In this document: positions 1 through 8,746 of the stretch, in pieces
Position numbering within the stretch: the first letter of the stretch is position 1
How the letters are laid out: each line of letters begins with the position of its first letter
DNA from: an uncultured Fibrobacterota bacterium
GTDB taxonomy: Bacteria; Fibrobacterota; Chitinivibrionia; Chitinivibrionales; CAZJJT01
Length of the DNA stretch: 39,869 nt
Direction of reading: 5' to 3'
Assembly: GCA_964546395.1 (NCBI GenBank)
Contig: CAZJJT010000002.1
Location: 1 to 39,869 of the forward strand
Made by a program: the position numbers and the translations under genes
The notes under the pieces: generated by a model
The model's input: only the letters and a program-made list of their open reading frames with translations
Told to the model about the DNA's origin: nothing
The model's database searches: none

Positions 1-372
1 CTGCGCACCGGCCAAAGCTCTTCACTGATGACCGAAGGAGTGCGGGGCGCGGTGGCCGTCCGATGGGCGTTTGCGGGCGAAGGACCCGCGCCCGAGTTCT
101 ACCCCGACAGTGCGCTGGCCGTGTACGCCGCGGGGGTCAGTGTCAGCGGCCGTACACTCGGATACCGTCCCATGGCCTCGCAGCGCCAGGCTGTTATCGC
201 CACCGACCCCGATGCCACCGTGTCGATCTACGACCTGGGCGGCCGCCTCCTCGCCACCTCGTCGTACGACAAGCTCGACGACCTGTCGTCCAGCATGCCC
301 AACGGTAGCTACATCCGCAAGATTGAAGGCGCGGGGGAGGCACTGTGGGACCGCTTCCTGGTGAACAGGTAG
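1..372 (+). CDS. 3' end of a secreted protein (5'-truncated by the window edge) with a C-terminal beta-rich sorting-type domain (T9SS/FlgD-Ig-like CTD)
   Basis: Frame 1 is open from base 1, with no stop before the ORF-track Met at 28. Stop TAG at 370-372. The tail ATVSIYDLGGRLLATSS...PNGSYIRKIEG carries the [VI]-Y/F-x-L/V-D/G-G-[RK] ... G-x-Y motif that recurs at the C-termini of four other secreted proteins in this window. Confidence 0.55.
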   Translation: MRTGQSSSLMTEGVRGAVAVRWAFAGEGPAPEFYPDSALAVYAAGVSVSGRTLGYRPMASQRQAVIATDPDATVSIYDLGGRLLATSSYDKLDDLSSSMPNGSYIRKIEGAGEALWDRFLVNR

Positions 373-384
373 GCAGTCGAATCA

Positions 385-1200
385 CTAGAACCCACTCTCT
401 CTCACCGACGTGCGGAACGCCCCGGGCGCCACGCCCTGGGTGCGGCGGAACAGACGAGAGAAGTAGCCCGGGTCCTCGTAGCCGCAACGCATGGCTATCT
501 GGCCCACACCCAGGCTGGAGTTGATCAGCAGCTTGCGCGCCAGCTGCATGCGCCGGTTCTGTACGTAGTCCAGCGGCGCGACGCCCATGACCCCCTTGAA
601 CACATCGTGGAACCGTGACTCGGAGAGGTTGGCCAGCGACGCGAGCATGGCGCGGGTGATTGGCTCCGAGAGGTGCCTGTCGATATGCCGCAGGACCGCT
701 TCGAGTCGCTCGCGGTCGGGGTGCTGCAGGTGGGAGGGATCGAAGCGGCCACAGGCGATGAGGTAGCGCAGAAGCCGGAAGCCCAGTTCCTGCTCGCGCG
801 CGTGGCGCATGAGACTGCCGTGCGGCTCGGCGGCGCAGGACGCGAGGCCGCGCAAACACTCGCCCATGTGCCCGGCACGCGTGCCCGAGATCACCGTCGG
901 TACCCGCAGCACGCGGAACAGGTCGATCCCGGCTTCGAGCGTGTAGGCCATGTGTGCGTAGTTGACAAGTGCCACACCGGGTGAAGGCATGTGGATGCGG
1001 TGCTCGGTCTCGGGCGGTATCACCACAACATCCCAGGCCCGCGCGGTGCTGCGCTCGTGCCGCAGATCGACCACGTAGGCCCCGGACTCGAGGCGGAGCA
1101 CGAGGGCGAGCGGGAGGCGGCGCCAGGCGATGCGGTGCGGGTAGCGCCGCTCGGCCCGGTCGGCCGACTGGCACTCACACTGCGCAGTACAATTATCCAT
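385..1200 (-). CDS. AraC-family transcriptional regulator (cupin-like N-domain plus AraC double HTH)
   Basis: 271-aa ORF with ATG at 1200. The C-terminal region ITRAMLASLANLSESRFHDVFKGVMGVAPLDYVQNRRMQLARKLLINSSLGVGQIAMRCGYEDPGYFSRLFRRTQGVAPGAFR is a textbook AraC HTH_18 signature. The N-terminal VVVIPPETEHRIH is cupin-like. It is divergent from the oxidoreductase/lyase genes. Confidence 0.9.
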   Translation of the reverse strand: MDNCTAQCECQSADRAERRYPHRIAWRRLPLALVLRLESGAYVVDLRHERSTARAWDVVVIPPETEHRIHMPSPGVALVNYAHMAYTLEAGIDLFRVLRVPTVISGTRAGHMGECLRGLASCAAEPHGSLMRHAREQELGFRLLRYLIACGRFDPSHLQHPDRERLEAVLRHIDRHLSEPITRAMLASLANLSESRFHDVFKGVMGVAPLDYVQNRRMQLARKLLINSSLGVGQIAMRCGYEDPGYFSRLFRRTQGVAPGAFRTSVRESGF

Positions 1201-1317
1201 ATATCCAGTTACCCATTATGTGGTTCTCAGGACGATGATACCATAGATTACGGGTGTGTGCAAGGACGGGGAGTGACGGCCACAGAGGCACTACAAACGT
1301 CCACGGAGGCGACACAG
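1201..1317. promoter_or_regulatory. Divergent promoter/operator region between the AraC regulator and the oxidoreductase gene
   Basis: 117-bp non-coding gap between divergent start codons (1200 and 1318). It is locally AT-rich (ccatatatccagttacccattatgtggttctcaggacgatgataccatagatta) in an otherwise GC-rich window. No -35/-10 boxes could be assigned confidently. Confidence 0.3.
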
Positions 1318-2454
1318 ATGAGGTTCGGATTTCGCGGGGAGCTGGTCGATGGGCGGCAGGTGCGGGCCGGGTTCATCGGCTGCGGCAGCCACTCGGCGCG
1401 CAACCTGTACCCGGTGTTCCAGTTTACGCCGGTCAACCTGGTCGCAACCTGCGACCTGTCGGCCGACAAGGCGGCGGCGTACGCGCGGCAGTTCGGGGCC
1501 GACAGCTCCTACACCGACTACCGGACGATGATTGAGCGTGAGAAGCTGGACGCGGTGTTCGTGTGTGTCGGCTACGACCGCGCCGGGCGGATCCAGTACC
1601 CGCGGATCGCCACCGACTGCCTCACCATGGGTGTGCACGTGTTCATCGAGAAGCCGCCGGCGAACACCGCTGAAGAGGTGGAGATGATGATGGAAGCGGC
1701 CGAAGCCAACCGTCGCATCGTGCTATGCGGACTCAAGCGCATGTTCTTCCAGATGGTGACGAAGGCGAAGAAGCTGATTGAGGACCCGGCGTTTGGCGAT
1801 CCGACGCTGCTGCTGATCCAGCGTGAGGAGTTCATCCCTGCGATGGAGGAGTTTGACGCGTTCTGGAGCGGCACGCATGATCGCCGCACGATAGGATTTC
1901 TTGACCATTTCAGCCACCCGGCCTCACAGATGCTCTACTGGTTCGGGATGCCGCAGCGGCTGGTGTACCACCGGACGCGCGCCGGTTCGGGCGTGGCGAC
2001 GTTCGAGTATGATGACGGGCGGGTGTGCAGCATGGCGTTTACCAAGGGCGGTTCGGGTGTGGCGGGCGGTGTGGAGCGGCACACGATTGTGGGTACGAAG
2101 TGCCGGACGGTCGTGGTGGAGAACTGCCGTGTCTACTGTTTCCAGGGGCCGGTGCCCGACCAGGGGGCAGAGCCCGAAGGCTACGGGGCGAAAGCAGACT
2201 ATTTCACCGGCGAGATCGGAACGACCACGGCGCTGTGGGAGCCAGAGTTCCAGCTTGGGCAACTGTACAGCAAGGGGCTGTTTCTGCTGGGCTACTACGA
2301 CGAGGTGAACGAGTTCGCGACGGCAATCCTCGAGAAGCGCCAACCCTCGCGCGGCACCCTGCTGCAGAGCTGGCAGATCACGCACATGTTCCAGCAGTTT
2401 GCCCGGGGGCCGGGCAGGATGATCGAGTTGCGCCCGGGGCCCGGCAGCGCGTAA
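1318..2454 (+). CDS. Gfo/Idh/MocA-family NAD(P)-dependent oxidoreductase
   Basis: In the 991..2454 ORF the plausible start is ATG 1318, with GGAGG 9 nt upstream. The product begins MRFGFRGELVDGRQVRAGFIGCGSHSARNLYPVF. It has a Rossmann GxGxxS/A motif and the typical VFIEKPPANTAEE (EKP) motif of the family. No signal peptide. Confidence 0.9.
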   Translation: MRFGFRGELVDGRQVRAGFIGCGSHSARNLYPVFQFTPVNLVATCDLSADKAAAYARQFGADSSYTDYRTMIEREKLDAVFVCVGYDRAGRIQYPRIATDCLTMGVHVFIEKPPANTAEEVEMMMEAAEANRRIVLCGLKRMFFQMVTKAKKLIEDPAFGDPTLLLIQREEFIPAMEEFDAFWSGTHDRRTIGFLDHFSHPASQMLYWFGMPQRLVYHRTRAGSGVATFEYDDGRVCSMAFTKGGSGVAGGVERHTIVGTKCRTVVVENCRVYCFQGPVPDQGAEPEGYGAKADYFTGEIGTTTALWEPEFQLGQLYSKGLFLLGYYDEVNEFATAILEKRQPSRGTLLQSWQITHMFQQFARGPGRMIELRPGPGSA

Positions 2455-2504
2455 CATCGTGCATTCTGCCTGCCGATGCAGTACACTACGTGAGGGGGGT
2501 CACC

Positions 2505-4682
2505 ATGTGTACCGCACGCAGTGCCGCACTCGCAGCAGGCCTGGCGGTCTGGGCCGGAGCAACCGCTGTCACGGCGCAACCGATACCCGTTGCCCGCGAA
2601 CACCCGTACCTGTTCTTCAGTGCCTCCGATATCCCCGGCCTGCGTGACCGGCTGGCGCAGGAGCCGTTTTCCTCGCGCTGGGTCGCGCTGCGCAACGCCG
2701 CCGACCGCCACCTGGGCGAAGCCACGTATGGCTACAGCAACACGCGGGAAGCGCTGGGCGTGTCGGGCACGTGCGCGTTTGCCTACGCCATGACCGGCGA
2801 CACCGCCTATGCGCACCGGGCAATCGAAGAGGTGGAGGCGATTCTTGATGCACCCCAATGGTACGAGGGCTACACCTGGAACCGCGGGGCCGACCTGGGC
2901 ACCGCCGAGGTCAGCGCGGCGTGCGCGCTGGTGTACGACTGGTGCTACGAGCAGATGAGTGGTGCGCAGCGTGACGCGCTCCGTTCGGGGGTGCTCAACC
3001 GCTCCACGCTGGTGTACCTCGAATCGGTGCGCACCTACGACGATTGGTGGGTGAACAACCGGGTTACCAACTGGTCGGGGGTGTGCCACGGGGGGTGCGG
3101 GCTGGCAGCACTGGCGTTCTACGACGAGGATCCGCGGTTTGCGCAGGCCGCCGACACGGCGTTCGACTGCGTGGTCGATGTCCTCGACTCTACCGTGCTC
3201 AGTGACGGCGGCGGGCACGAAGGAATCATGTACAACCGCTACGGCGTGCGGTTCGCGACGTACCTGCATACGGCCGCGAGCCGCGTGAGTGGTGACGACC
3301 GTGGGGTGGCGGCACGACTGTCGGGGAAGATGGCGGGGTACTGGTACCACCACCTGTTTGGTCCCGACCAGTGCTATGCGAACTTCAACGACATGGGCGA
3401 GTCGACATTCGAGGGGGTGTACGGCTACGACAGCCGTCACTGGGAGGGCGGGCCGCCCGCGGCGCTGTGCGCGCTGTGGGAATCGTACGCGACCGGCGGC
3501 GACTCGCTGCTGCTGTGGGGCGCCGACTACGGCGGCGCGCCGTTCTACTGGGGAGGGGTCAGTCCGTTTTACCTGGTCTGGCGGCGCACGTCGCCCAAGG
3601 CCCCGCACGATATGCCCACCCTCGGGGGAGCGGTGCTGTTCCGCGGCGCCGGACAGGCCGTGTTCAGCACGCCCCCGCTGTGGCTTGCGTACAACGGCGG
3701 CTGGACCAGCGACCGCTCGCACAACAACCGCGATCTGGGGTCGTTCGTGCTGGTATCAGACAGTGAACGACTGGTGCACGACCCGGGGTATGGGTTCGCC
3801 GAAACCGGCCAGCACTCGACGGTACTGGCAAGCGACTCAGGACAACCGCAGAACGTGCGCGGCACGTACGACGCGTTTGGCTCGGGGAGCACGTTCCACT
3901 ACCTCGCTTCTGATCTGTCTGCGTGCTATCCGCTGCTCAGCCGGTTCGTGCGGCACATGGTGATGGTGCGCGGGGAGTACGTGGTAGTGCTCGATGACCT
4001 CGCGGCGCCGAAGGCCGAGCAGTTCGAGTGGCGGCTCCAGACACGTGCCACGATCTCATCGGCGGGGCAGACCGCACTGATAACCGGCAGTGCGCGGCGC
4101 CTGCATGTGCTGTCACTCGCGCCCGCCGACGCGCAGGTGGGGATGGGCACCGCGGCACTGGATTTCGTTCGTATCACGCCGCCCTCGACGCGCACCGAGG
4201 AAACGCTGGTGACCCTGCTGTACCCCTCCGGTGCTGCCGGGCAGCCGCCGGCGTCGAGTTGGGACGCCGCGGGGACCGTGACCGTCGGCGCCGACCATGT
4301 CGTGTTCTCGGGAGGGCCCGGGACATGGCGGCTTGCGAGTGTCGCCGGGGAGAACGCCGATGACATCGGTCGCATGCACGAACGCACGCTTCCCTCGTTC
4401 AGGGGCTCGGCGGGGATCGGCGACAGAGTCGTACGACCGCAGGTGGTACTGCCTGCGCTCCTCACGCGCACGCATGGCGCCATGCTGGTTGTCGACACCG
4501 GCCGCCGCGGCGCCCGGGTGACACTCGTGCGCCTGGATGGGCGGCGCGCAGTGAGGCTGGTGGCCGGCAGCGACGGGTATGCGAGTGTCCCACTCGCGCA
4601 CCTGTCCGCGGGTATCTGGGTGGTGAGTGCGGTAAACGTCGATGGCGCGAGCGCCGCGACGCGGGTCGTCGTTGCCGATTGA
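2505..4682 (+). CDS. Secreted heparinase II/III-family (alginate-lyase-like N-domain) polysaccharide lyase-like protein with C-terminal sorting domain
   Basis: ATG 2505 follows GAGGGGGG and gives a signal peptide (MCTARSAALAAGLAVWAGATAVTAQP). HPYLFFSASDIPGLRDRL and DRSHNNRDLGSFVLVSDSERLVHDPGY match the heparinase II/III pattern (H..D.GSF...D.G.Y). The C-terminal RVTLVRLDGRRAV...SAGIWVVSAVNVDG resembles the shared CTD. Confidence 0.8.
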   Translation: MCTARSAALAAGLAVWAGATAVTAQPIPVAREHPYLFFSASDIPGLRDRLAQEPFSSRWVALRNAADRHLGEATYGYSNTREALGVSGTCAFAYAMTGDTAYAHRAIEEVEAILDAPQWYEGYTWNRGADLGTAEVSAACALVYDWCYEQMSGAQRDALRSGVLNRSTLVYLESVRTYDDWWVNNRVTNWSGVCHGGCGLAALAFYDEDPRFAQAADTAFDCVVDVLDSTVLSDGGGHEGIMYNRYGVRFATYLHTAASRVSGDDRGVAARLSGKMAGYWYHHLFGPDQCYANFNDMGESTFEGVYGYDSRHWEGGPPAALCALWESYATGGDSLLLWGADYGGAPFYWGGVSPFYLVWRRTSPKAPHDMPTLGGAVLFRGAGQAVFSTPPLWLAYNGGWTSDRSHNNRDLGSFVLVSDSERLVHDPGYGFAETGQHSTVLASDSGQPQNVRGTYDAFGSGSTFHYLASDLSACYPLLSRFVRHMVMVRGEYVVVLDDLAAPKAEQFEWRLQTRATISSAGQTALITGSARRLHVLSLAPADAQVGMGTAALDFVRITPPSTRTEETLVTLLYPSGAAGQPPASSWDAAGTVTVGADHVVFSGGPGTWRLASVAGENADDIGRMHERTLPSFRGSAGIGDRVVRPQVVLPALLTRTHGAMLVVDTGRRGARVTLVRLDGRRAVRLVAGSDGYASVPLAHLSAGIWVVSAVNVDGASAATRVVVAD

Positions 4683-4724
4683 AACCCGCATGAACAGTGC
4701 ACCAGGCGTCCCTGCGCGTTGTGT

Positions 4725-5966
4725 CTACCGTTGCGTGTGCACTGCGAGATGGCGCGTGCCTCTCGCCGTTTCACTCAGGCATGTCCTCGCCGCCAGTGCC
4801 GCGGCACCCCTGAGCATACGCCCGTCAAGACTGTACACCCGCCCCCCCGCGTCGGCGCTCGCCCGTGCCGGAGCGCGCGGCGTGGGGGCGAGCGACAGTC
4901 GTGTCGGGTCGAACAGCGGCATGAACGAAACCTTCTGCCATCCCGCGCGTGTCCACGTGGTGTTGTTGAGCGTGCCAGCGCTGGCCTCGACGCGAATCTC
5001 GTCGCCGGTGTTCACCTGCACGTTGTCCCAGGTACCCCGGAAGTCGATGCCGAGTTCGGTGGCCTGGTCGGTGAGCGGCACCTGGTAGGTGCCCAGCAGA
5101 GCGTCGCCGACCCACAGGCGGTAGGTGGAGCGGCCGACGTCCTCGGCGACGCAGTAGAGGCGGATGTTGTAGCGGCCCGACGCGTGCGCGAACGCTTTGC
5201 CGACCGTCGCCTGCCGGTCAGCATCGGCCGGGTCGAGCGATACCCAGACGGCCTGCGGCACAAAGCCGGTGCCGGTGTACGGGAAATCCAGGCCGCGCAT
5301 GTCGTACGTGATCAGCGGGAGCGGCTCAGTATTCGGGTCGGTCGGTGACTCCGGCAGGTCGATGTCGGCGGGGCTGACAGTAACGCCGCTCCTCGCCATC
5401 ACGAACCGGTCGATGATGAAGTACTTGGAGCGGCCGGCGATCTGGAACTGGTAGGTGCCGGCGGCCAGCTCATAGCTCGCATCCGAGAACGAGTGTGTCG
5501 AACACTCCAGCTTGACGTTCCACGACCACCGGTAGCTCTCGTCAAGCACCACGTACTTCGTGAACGTCCCTTCGCACCCCACCTGACCCACCATCCTGAT
5601 ATAGCAGTCGTTGCCCTGGTCGCCGGCGCCCGTTTCCACCGGCGCCTCCATCACCCGCATCCACACCTTGTACGTCCCGGGGGTCTGTATGTGCACGCTG
5701 TACGTCATGATGCCTGCCACCGCCCCACCCGACTGCGCGTTGCCCATGAACTGGTAGCAGCCGTTGCCCGTGTGGCCGGCAACCGTGTACGGACTCTTGA
5801 CTACGTAGCTGTCGGTGCGCAGCTGCCAGTACTGAGCGGGCGCGACCGACTCGCATTCCACCACCACAAGACCGTCATGCTCGTAGAATGTGGGTGACTG
5901 GGCCCGGGCCGTGGTGAACCAGCAACCGAAAACTGCGGTGAGACCGATCAGCGTGCGGATACGCAT
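4725..5966 (-). CDS. Secreted two-domain carbohydrate-binding-module-like protein with short CTD-like tail
   Basis: The preferred start is Met10 of the ORF (ATG 5966), which has GGGGGAG about 7 nt upstream. Signal peptide MRIRTLIGLTAVFGCWFTTARAQ. There are two jelly-roll-like segments (GTYKVWMRV...NDCYIRM...AGTYQFQIAGRSKYFIIDRFVM and RYNIRLYCVAEDVGRSTYRLWVGD...). The tail is RVYSLDGRML.... Function is inferred from the pattern only. Confidence 0.7.
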   Translation of the reverse strand: MRIRTLIGLTAVFGCWFTTARAQSPTFYEHDGLVVVECESVAPAQYWQLRTDSYVVKSPYTVAGHTGNGCYQFMGNAQSGGAVAGIMTYSVHIQTPGTYKVWMRVMEAPVETGAGDQGNDCYIRMVGQVGCEGTFTKYVVLDESYRWSWNVKLECSTHSFSDASYELAAGTYQFQIAGRSKYFIIDRFVMARSGVTVSPADIDLPESPTDPNTEPLPLITYDMRGLDFPYTGTGFVPQAVWVSLDPADADRQATVGKAFAHASGRYNIRLYCVAEDVGRSTYRLWVGDALLGTYQVPLTDQATELGIDFRGTWDNVQVNTGDEIRVEASAGTLNNTTWTRAGWQKVSFMPLFDPTRLSLAPTPRAPARASADAGGRVYSLDGRMLRGAAALAARTCLSETARGTRHLAVHTQR

Positions 5967-6064
5967 CGTACTCTCCCCCTTTCCTCTCCCCAAGTGTACC
6001 CAGGGAACAGGGGGCCATCGCGAGGTCTGTGCAGGCGACCGCTAGCGCAAATAGGCCAAAGGGG

Positions 6065-8161
6065 TCATACCGGAAGGCAGGGCCCGGGAGTGAGTTGTCT
6101 TCCAGAGCGGTCAGTACGGATTCCTGTGGCACCGTCCTCGTGCACGATGCGCACGAGATACGCGCCGGGGCTACGCGGCTGGACGAGGTGTGCGCCAGTG
6201 GCCCGCTGCCCGGTCACGCGGGCCCCGTCGACACGGAACACGTCCCCGTACTGGCCGCTGCTGAGCCCCGAGATACGCTGCAGGCGTACGCCGTCCGGAC
6301 GGGTGCTTCTGGTGTCTACCATGCGCTGCAGGACTACCACCCAGTCCTCCAGGGGTGAACCCGGCGGGCTGCCGAGCGACACCGTGTCTCCGCCGGACAC
6401 GAGGCTGACCGATCCGGTCAGCAGGTGTCCACCGTTGCGCGGGTCATACCAGTGTACATGGAATGTCCCGTTGGTGGCCGACAGGTCGAGCTCGGTGCTA
6501 CCCCCTTCCTTCAGGTATACCACGTACACAGCGTCCGGCTTGTAGAAGCAGTAGTCGTCTGCGTTTGTCGACAGGTCGTTGTCGTTCTGCATCTCCCAGA
6601 CCGGGATCGCGTTGTTGACAAAGAACTCGAGCGCGTAGCGGCAGTAGTCCCACCACAGGTCGCGGCTGCGGAAATCCTGGCAGGTCAGGTCGGATTCGTC
6701 GTGCTGGTACCCGAAGTACCACTCGTTGCCCCATCCGCCGGCCATGAATGTCCCCCAGATCCCGTTCTTCCGGCCGTCCTCGTGCGACGTGCCCGCGTCA
6801 TCGTCGGGCCGGAGCGCATGCGTGGCATCCCCGGGTTCGTCACAGGCCACTGCCCACGGCTTGCCCGCGGCCGCCGAGCGGCTCAGGTAATTCTTCACCT
6901 GGTCGTGCACGTTGACGAATGCAGCGTTGTTCGTCTGCAGGGAGAAGCCGGTCAGCGCCGAGCCCGGTCCGAGCAAATCGTAGTGGTTCGAGCCGTTGTG
7001 AATGACAATGTGGTGATGGTACGGATCGGTGTCGTGGAAGTACTGCGCCCAGTCGGTCTTCTGCTGTGTGCTTGCGTCGTTGATTTCTTCGCCCAGGTTC
7101 CAGTTGAGCGCCAGATGGTGCCCGAACCGCGCGATCAGCTCGCGGTAGTACAGCGTGCGCTCCGGCCCCAGGTCGCCGCCATCCATGAGCAACTCGTTCT
7201 CGGTCTCCATGGTTTTGAAATGCAGAAACAACCCCTTCTTGTCCGCATACGCAAACACGCGCTCCCACTGCGCCAGCTTGGACACATCGAACCGGTCATG
7301 GTGGAGCACGGTGCCTGCCCAGCGCTGGTTGTCCGCCACGGCTTCGTAGTCGGCGGTCGAGCTGTTCAGGCGGTGCGGGAACACGTTGTCATCGTCACCG
7401 TCCACGTTGAATGTCAGGAACGAGAACGCGTTCAGCCCTTCATCATGGAGGTAGCTGAGTGCCCCGAGCAATTCGCTCCCCTTGCCGCCGTCCCAGGTGT
7501 ACGCGGACGCATCGGCCGGGTCGTAGTCACCCGCGTGGGGGCTCCAGCTCTTGCGCAGGTTCGCGTTGTGGTTGGGATCGTTGGGCGTGTCGTCGAAATC
7601 CTCGTAGGCCAGCAGGTTCTCGGGTGCGTCGGACCCCTGTTTCAGGAAGTACTCCCCGGTGCCTGCAAACCGCAGGTAGTGGCCACCGACATACTGCAGC
7701 ATCCCCTTGCCGCGGAGGTCGCGGCCGGTCTTGTCGGTCGGATCCACCGTGAACGTCCCCATCGCACCATCAAACGATGCGGGGGAACCTGCCGAGGCAT
7801 CAGCGGCAACCGCGACATCCGTGCCGCTGCGGAACGACGCGGTGTAGGTCCAGGTACCGGTCGCGTTGGGCGCGAAGTGGACCTGCCACACGTTGCCCTC
7901 ATCGGCATGCGTTTCTGCCGCGTTGCCGTCGGCGGCGAAGTACCCCGGGACCACGAACGTGTCGGCGCCGTTGACAAAGGTGACATCGAGGCGGTAGAAG
8001 CGGAACGGGTTGGGTGTGCCTGTTTCCCTGGCCGAGGGGCCCTGGAACGAGACAGTGACCGTGTGCCAGGTACGAAGCTCGCCGCTGAGCGTGCCCTGGG
8101 CGAACACGGTTGATGTGGACAGCAGCGACAGCAGCGCAGCAGCGCACAGCGTACGGTTCAT
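6065..8161 (-). CDS. Secreted DUF5060-domain / GH5-like (DUF4038-type) glycoside hydrolase with C-terminal sorting domain
   Basis: ATG 8161 with GGAGG 7 nt upstream. Signal peptide MNRTLCAAALLSLLSTSTVFAQG. The N-terminal TWHTVTVSFQGP...NPFRFYRLDVTFVNG...VPGYFAADGNA...WQVHFAPNATGTWTY is the DUF5060 pattern. It is followed by a TIM-barrel hydrolase-like core and a collagen-binding-like beta domain. The tail DVFRVDGARVTG...SPGAYLVRIVHEDG is the CTD. Confidence 0.85.
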   Translation of the reverse strand: MNRTLCAAALLSLLSTSTVFAQGTLSGELRTWHTVTVSFQGPSARETGTPNPFRFYRLDVTFVNGADTFVVPGYFAADGNAAETHADEGNVWQVHFAPNATGTWTYTASFRSGTDVAVAADASAGSPASFDGAMGTFTVDPTDKTGRDLRGKGMLQYVGGHYLRFAGTGEYFLKQGSDAPENLLAYEDFDDTPNDPNHNANLRKSWSPHAGDYDPADASAYTWDGGKGSELLGALSYLHDEGLNAFSFLTFNVDGDDDNVFPHRLNSSTADYEAVADNQRWAGTVLHHDRFDVSKLAQWERVFAYADKKGLFLHFKTMETENELLMDGGDLGPERTLYYRELIARFGHHLALNWNLGEEINDASTQQKTDWAQYFHDTDPYHHHIVIHNGSNHYDLLGPGSALTGFSLQTNNAAFVNVHDQVKNYLSRSAAAGKPWAVACDEPGDATHALRPDDDAGTSHEDGRKNGIWGTFMAGGWGNEWYFGYQHDESDLTCQDFRSRDLWWDYCRYALEFFVNNAIPVWEMQNDNDLSTNADDYCFYKPDAVYVVYLKEGGSTELDLSATNGTFHVHWYDPRNGGHLLTGSVSLVSGGDTVSLGSPPGSPLEDWVVVLQRMVDTRSTRPDGVRLQRISGLSSGQYGDVFRVDGARVTGQRATGAHLVQPRSPGAYLVRIVHEDGATGIRTDRSGRQLTPGPCLPV

Positions 8162-8184
8162 CCGTGACCTCCTGAGGTTTCCGC

Positions 8185-8628
8185 CTACCGTGTATCGGCC
8201 AGGGCGCTGTCGACAGCTACTGGCATCGGCTCGACCCGCGGCGCGCTCCTCAGCGCGTTCTGCACGGCGATCCGGATCACCTTGCTGCTGCCCGTGGCGC
8301 CGGTCACCGCATCGACATCCAGCGACTGCGACGAGATGATCCAGTCGATTGTCTCGAGCCCTTCATACCCCTTGCCTGCCTTCTGCGACACGACATCGAT
8401 GGCGGTGATGCGGTGGTCCTCGACGTGCACCTTCAGTTCGATACCCACCACGAACTCGCCGAACGCCCCGGCGTACACCCCGTTGGGGACCTGCGAAAGA
8501 TCGATGTTCTCGATTTCGGTATTCTCTATTACCCGCGCCATCCTGCGATACCTGCTGGTGAACATCAGGGCCCCGGCCAGTGCAACGACGGCGACCACGG
8601 CGAGTACGGCGAGCAGTTTCTTCAGCAT
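8185..8628 (-). CDS. Membrane-anchored extracytoplasmic FMN-binding-domain protein
   Basis: The start is taken at ATG 8628, with GGAGGA 5 nt upstream. Signal-anchor MLKKLLAVLAVVAVVALAGALMF. The FMN_bind flavinylation-type motif DAVTGATGSSK lies within 8281-8316. A 23-nt gap separates it from the downstream hydrolase gene. Confidence 0.8.
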   Translation of the reverse strand: MLKKLLAVLAVVAVVALAGALMFTSRYRRMARVIENTEIENIDLSQVPNGVYAGAFGEFVVGIELKVHVEDHRITAIDVVSQKAGKGYEGLETIDWIISSQSLDVDAVTGATGSSKVIRIAVQNALRSAPRVEPMPVAVDSALADTR

Positions 8629-8692
8629 CTGTCCTCCGGGGAAGGCGGGTGTGGCAACGACATATCCCGAAAATATCATGGGCAACAGGTAT

Positions 8693-8719
8693 GGCCCCGG
8701 CAGCAGGGCTGCCGGGGCC
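8693..8719 (-). terminator. GC-rich perfect stem-loop downstream of the 8747-9289 gene (putative intrinsic terminator, no clear U-tract)
   Basis: ggccccggcagc-agg-gctgccggggcc forms a perfect 12-bp stem with a 3-nt loop, 28 nt after the stop codon on the minus strand. A T-run (gatattttcggg) follows only after about 17 nt. Confidence 0.5.
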
Positions 8720-8746
8720 GGTTGAGTGAATGCAGCAATCGACCAA

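Noticed and set aside
194-1174. 326-aa Arg/Pro-rich minus-strand ORF overlapping the AraC gene
   Set aside because: This is an off-frame product of GC-rich sequence. The AraC frame (385-1200) has unmistakable HTH motifs, and the alternative has none.
991-1317. Long N-terminal extensions offered by the ORF track (991-1317, 2025-2504, 23466-23759, 16895-17119, 9290-9529, 33375-33434, 35951-35983)
   Set aside because: In every case an internal ATG has a Shine-Dalgarno-like GGAG/GGAGG at proper spacing. Each such start yields either a clean signal peptide or the canonical family N-terminus. The extensions overlap neighbouring genes or promoter regions and are compositionally non-protein-like.
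4725-4860. Possible frameshift or truncation of the CTD in the CBM-like protein (only 28 residues follow the YSLDGRML core, versus 39-49 in the other four proteins)
   Set aside because: Neither alternative frame downstream gives a CTD-like continuation, and only 42 nt separate the stop from the convergent gene. The shorter tail still ends with a G-T-R-H-L-A-V segment resembling the G-x-Y-x-x-V strand. There is no direct evidence of a pseudogene.
6425-8113. 562-aa plus-strand ORF opposite the DUF5060 hydrolase
   Set aside because: This is the same codon-aligned shadow-frame situation (both frames congruent to 2 mod 3). The composition is low-complexity and Val/Arg/Gly-rich. The minus-strand gene has a signal peptide, an RBS and family motifs.
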